64,000 nt of DNA. It comes from Camelus ferus. Lineage: Eukaryota. Shown in pieces: positions 61,491 through 64,000 of the stretch. Numbering within the stretch: the stretch's first letter is position 1; each line of letters starts with the position of its first letter. A program made the position numbers and the translations under genes. The notes beneath the pieces are model-generated. The model had not been told where the DNA came from and did no database searches. It saw only the letters and a list, made by a program, of their open reading frames with translations. The stretch lies in the NCBI RefSeq assembly GCF_009834535.1, contig NC_045697.1:83950001-84014000 (forward strand), in the 5' to 3' direction.

Positions 61491-63058
61491 CTTCTGCCTC
61501 CCCTTAAAAAGAATCTAATGTGAAAAGAAAGAAAACAAGATTGTAGTTCCATTAGTGTAACCAATGAGTGGCCTTGGAACTTCACTTAATGGACGTGTAA
61601 TAAAGGATAGTAAGACAACCCTTTTTTAACCCTCACACATGAGTTTAAACACATTATTCATTTCAGCTATAACGTTTGGTTGATTCCTCCAAACTACATT
61701 GAAAGTTTAGGGAAAATGAAACAAGTTTACTAGCATTGATTCTAATTTGAAGGTTTTAATGAGTACGCCCTTGTTTCTAAAGTTCTACAATACCCTATAC
61801 TTCTTTCATTGGATTCATCACATTGGGACAGGATAGATGTTCATTATTCATTGATTATTTGAATGGATTAATTAATGACCAAAGGCATAGAGTTCTCAGA
61901 AATGAGTGTTAGAGAGTATCAACTTCAGGCAAGAACAGGAGAGACTCTGCAGGACCCAGCCTTTTTCCAATTGTAGCCATTCCTTTTGAAAATCAAAAAA
62001 TTGCTCATTATTATGCACACCATGAAGCTCTCAATATTTTGTGCCATATAAAATATATATTGTCATATTTTCATAATTTGCATTTATAATTGCAAAATCA
62101 CCCTGCTTATTATAGATTCCTAGGAATTAATATAGACTGCCAAAGACCACCAAAGTGAAGATCATAAGCCAGCATGAAATTGAGTATTGATGAGCTCCAA
62201 GAAGAGTCAGAGATACTGATCTCTTGTGGTCCTCTTGAATGAATTTTTCTCTAACAAGACTGGACTCCTCTGGGCTGGATGAGGAATGCGTCAGAATGCA
62301 ATAAGGTGGAGCAGAGCCTGTGTTCCTTTCTCCTCTCCCAGAAGGTCGAGATTCCTGCTCAGGTCCTTGTCCATCTCTGCCCTCCTGGCCCACATCTGCC
62401 TACATGGTGTCTACAGCTCTCTCTTCAGATTCTGCCCCTAACTTCTCCTTAGCATTACCAATTACTTATGCATTTATTCTGATGTAGATTTTACTGTGTT
62501 ATAAAATCACATTTTAATTTCAGATTTTAAAAATATCGAAGTATATGAACTTTGATATGATCATATTTGACAGTCTGTATACATCTTTTAAAACAAAAGA
62601 AGGCAATTTGCTTACAGATGTGCCTTGAATGTCTTCAAAAGTTCAACAACATTTCCCACCCCTCCCCCTCTTTTTTTTTTAACTTCAGGAAGATTATTCA
62701 TGGGGGAAAGTCCTAGAGCGTATTTCCAAACTAAATACAAGTCGTAACACAAAGCACCCTTTTATATAGACTTGTCATTGCCATCTAGGGAATATGTATG
62801 TCTCAAAAGTGAAAGGATGCTCAACTAAAAAAGGGCATTTCTATTCTGGTCAAAGTCTTGACTGAAATTAAGTTTGTTGCCCATCTCTCTGTCTCAGAAG
62901 AACAGTCACATGCAGTCAGGAAAAGAAAGAGCAGCTGAAGGAACTCTAGGCAGTATTCAGGCATAAAACTGAGCTAGAGAGAAACATATATATTCTTGAA
63001 ATAGATGGTATTTCCACACTTCCCATATTAACTGGTTAGTTGATCAACTGTCTTTCCA

Positions 63059-63120
63059 GATATAGATATATATACATATAGATGTAGATATAGTATGTGG
63101 ATATATATATATATATATTG
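63059..63120. repeat. (TAGATA)/(TA)n degenerate simple repeat
   Basis: gatatagatatatatacatatagatgtagatatag followed by atatatatatatatat. Confidence 0.75.
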
Positions 63121-63184
63121 ATATGTGTGCATCTATCTTTCCTTATCTATAGCTTTACACAGGGAAATATGTAACAAAGAATAA

Positions 63185-63410
63185 TTACTAACACTTATAA
63201 AATACTTACTATGTGCCAGGCACTGCCTAAGCATCTTACACGTATTAACTCACTTAATCCTATGAGGGAAGTATAATATTATCATTTTTTCAGATGAGGA
63301 AACTGAGGTGTAATAAAATACATTGCCCAAGATCACACAGATAGTAGTGATGACCTGAACCCAGACAGTCTGGCTCCAGATTTCATGCTCTTTACCACCA
63401 TGCCAAACTG
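63185..63410 (-). mobile_element. MIR SINE, near full length
   Basis: acttactatgtgccaggcactgcctaagc; cagatgaggaaactgagg; tgcccaagatcacacag; tgaacccagacagtctggctccaga. Confidence 0.85.
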
Positions 63411-63559
63411 CCCTGTCCTCAGAGAAGTTACAACATAATGGGAAGTGTAAATATTCACATATGAGAAGCTAAATGATCACTCAATTCCACAATATGAAAT
63501 GTCTCACAATAGCATGTGCTTAGATGGTGCTTGGGCTCTGAGGCTGCAGATACAGAGGA

Positions 63560-64000
63560 TGTGTTTCCCCCACCTGTTTTACTGTGGACCAAGGTAACCA
63601 GGAGAAGCTTCTCAGGAAGAGAAGAATTGAAGAATTAGGCCTTTTTAACTGGAAGAATTGGATGAGAGAAGCAGAGAACAGAAGGCATTCTGGGTGAGAG
63701 GAAGGGCTTGAGCCAATATTCGGAGATCAAAATGCACAAAGCATTGTTATAGGGGAGCAGTAAGAAGACCCGTCTACCCAAAGCAACAAGTTTAAGCAGA
63801 GAAAAATAGGAGGTGTGTTTCCGAAAGGTTGCTTAAATCCAGATGTTACAAGGATGTGACTGTCAGGCAAAGAATTTTGACTTCATTTCATAGATAAAGC
63901 TGAGTTGTCTTAAGAGGTCAAGAGCAAGAGTGGGAAAGTAAAAAAAAGTATTTGGGGAATATTAATCTGGCAACCATGTGCAAGAAATGAACGGATAAGA
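63560..64000 (-). mobile_element. L2 LINE fragment
   Basis: ggagaagcttctcaggaaga; gaaggcattctgggtgagagg; tgtcaggcaaagaattttgacttcatt; aatctggcaaccatgtgcaag. Confidence 0.65.

Larger units (their letters stand above)
3197..64000 (+). other. SYNPO2: SYNPO2 intron 1 (partial, continues beyond the window)
   Basis: GT donor at 3197. The expected continuation of the PDZ domain (recalled as IRNQSKASGSGLCEGDEVVSING) was not seen downstream by eye. The sequence is repeat-rich and non-coding, and SYNPO2 is known to have a very long first intron. Confidence 0.85.

Overview
Mammalian genomic DNA, AT-rich and CpG-depleted, most likely from a camelid. Two tRNA-derived SINEs match what I recall of the Vic-1 family, and I saw no Alu, B1/B2, Bov-tA or PRE-1 elements. 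The window holds the promoter/CpG island and first coding exon of SYNPO2 (synaptopodin-2/myopodin): + strand, 3092-3196, MGTGDFICISMTGGAPWGFRLQGGKEQQQPLQVAK, the start of the PDZ domain. About 61 kb of its long first intron follows; exon 2 was not found. The intron is a mosaic of LINE-1, L2, CR1/L3, MIR, ERV/MaLR LTRs, DNA-transposon fossils, microsatellites and candidate enhancer motif clusters. I cannot support a new multi-gene system here. The most unusual observations are: (i) a (GGC)8 repeat upstream of the CDS inside an ATG-initiated polyglycine uORF; (ii) a 23-nt templated insertion in an LTR, copied from 1.27 kb upstream with microhomology at both junctions; (iii) an old diverged ~290-bp local duplication; (iv) an inverted pair of related L1s in the same pre-mRNA. 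Repeat family names are from recalled consensus sequences, not a database search, and boundaries of old repeats are approximate.
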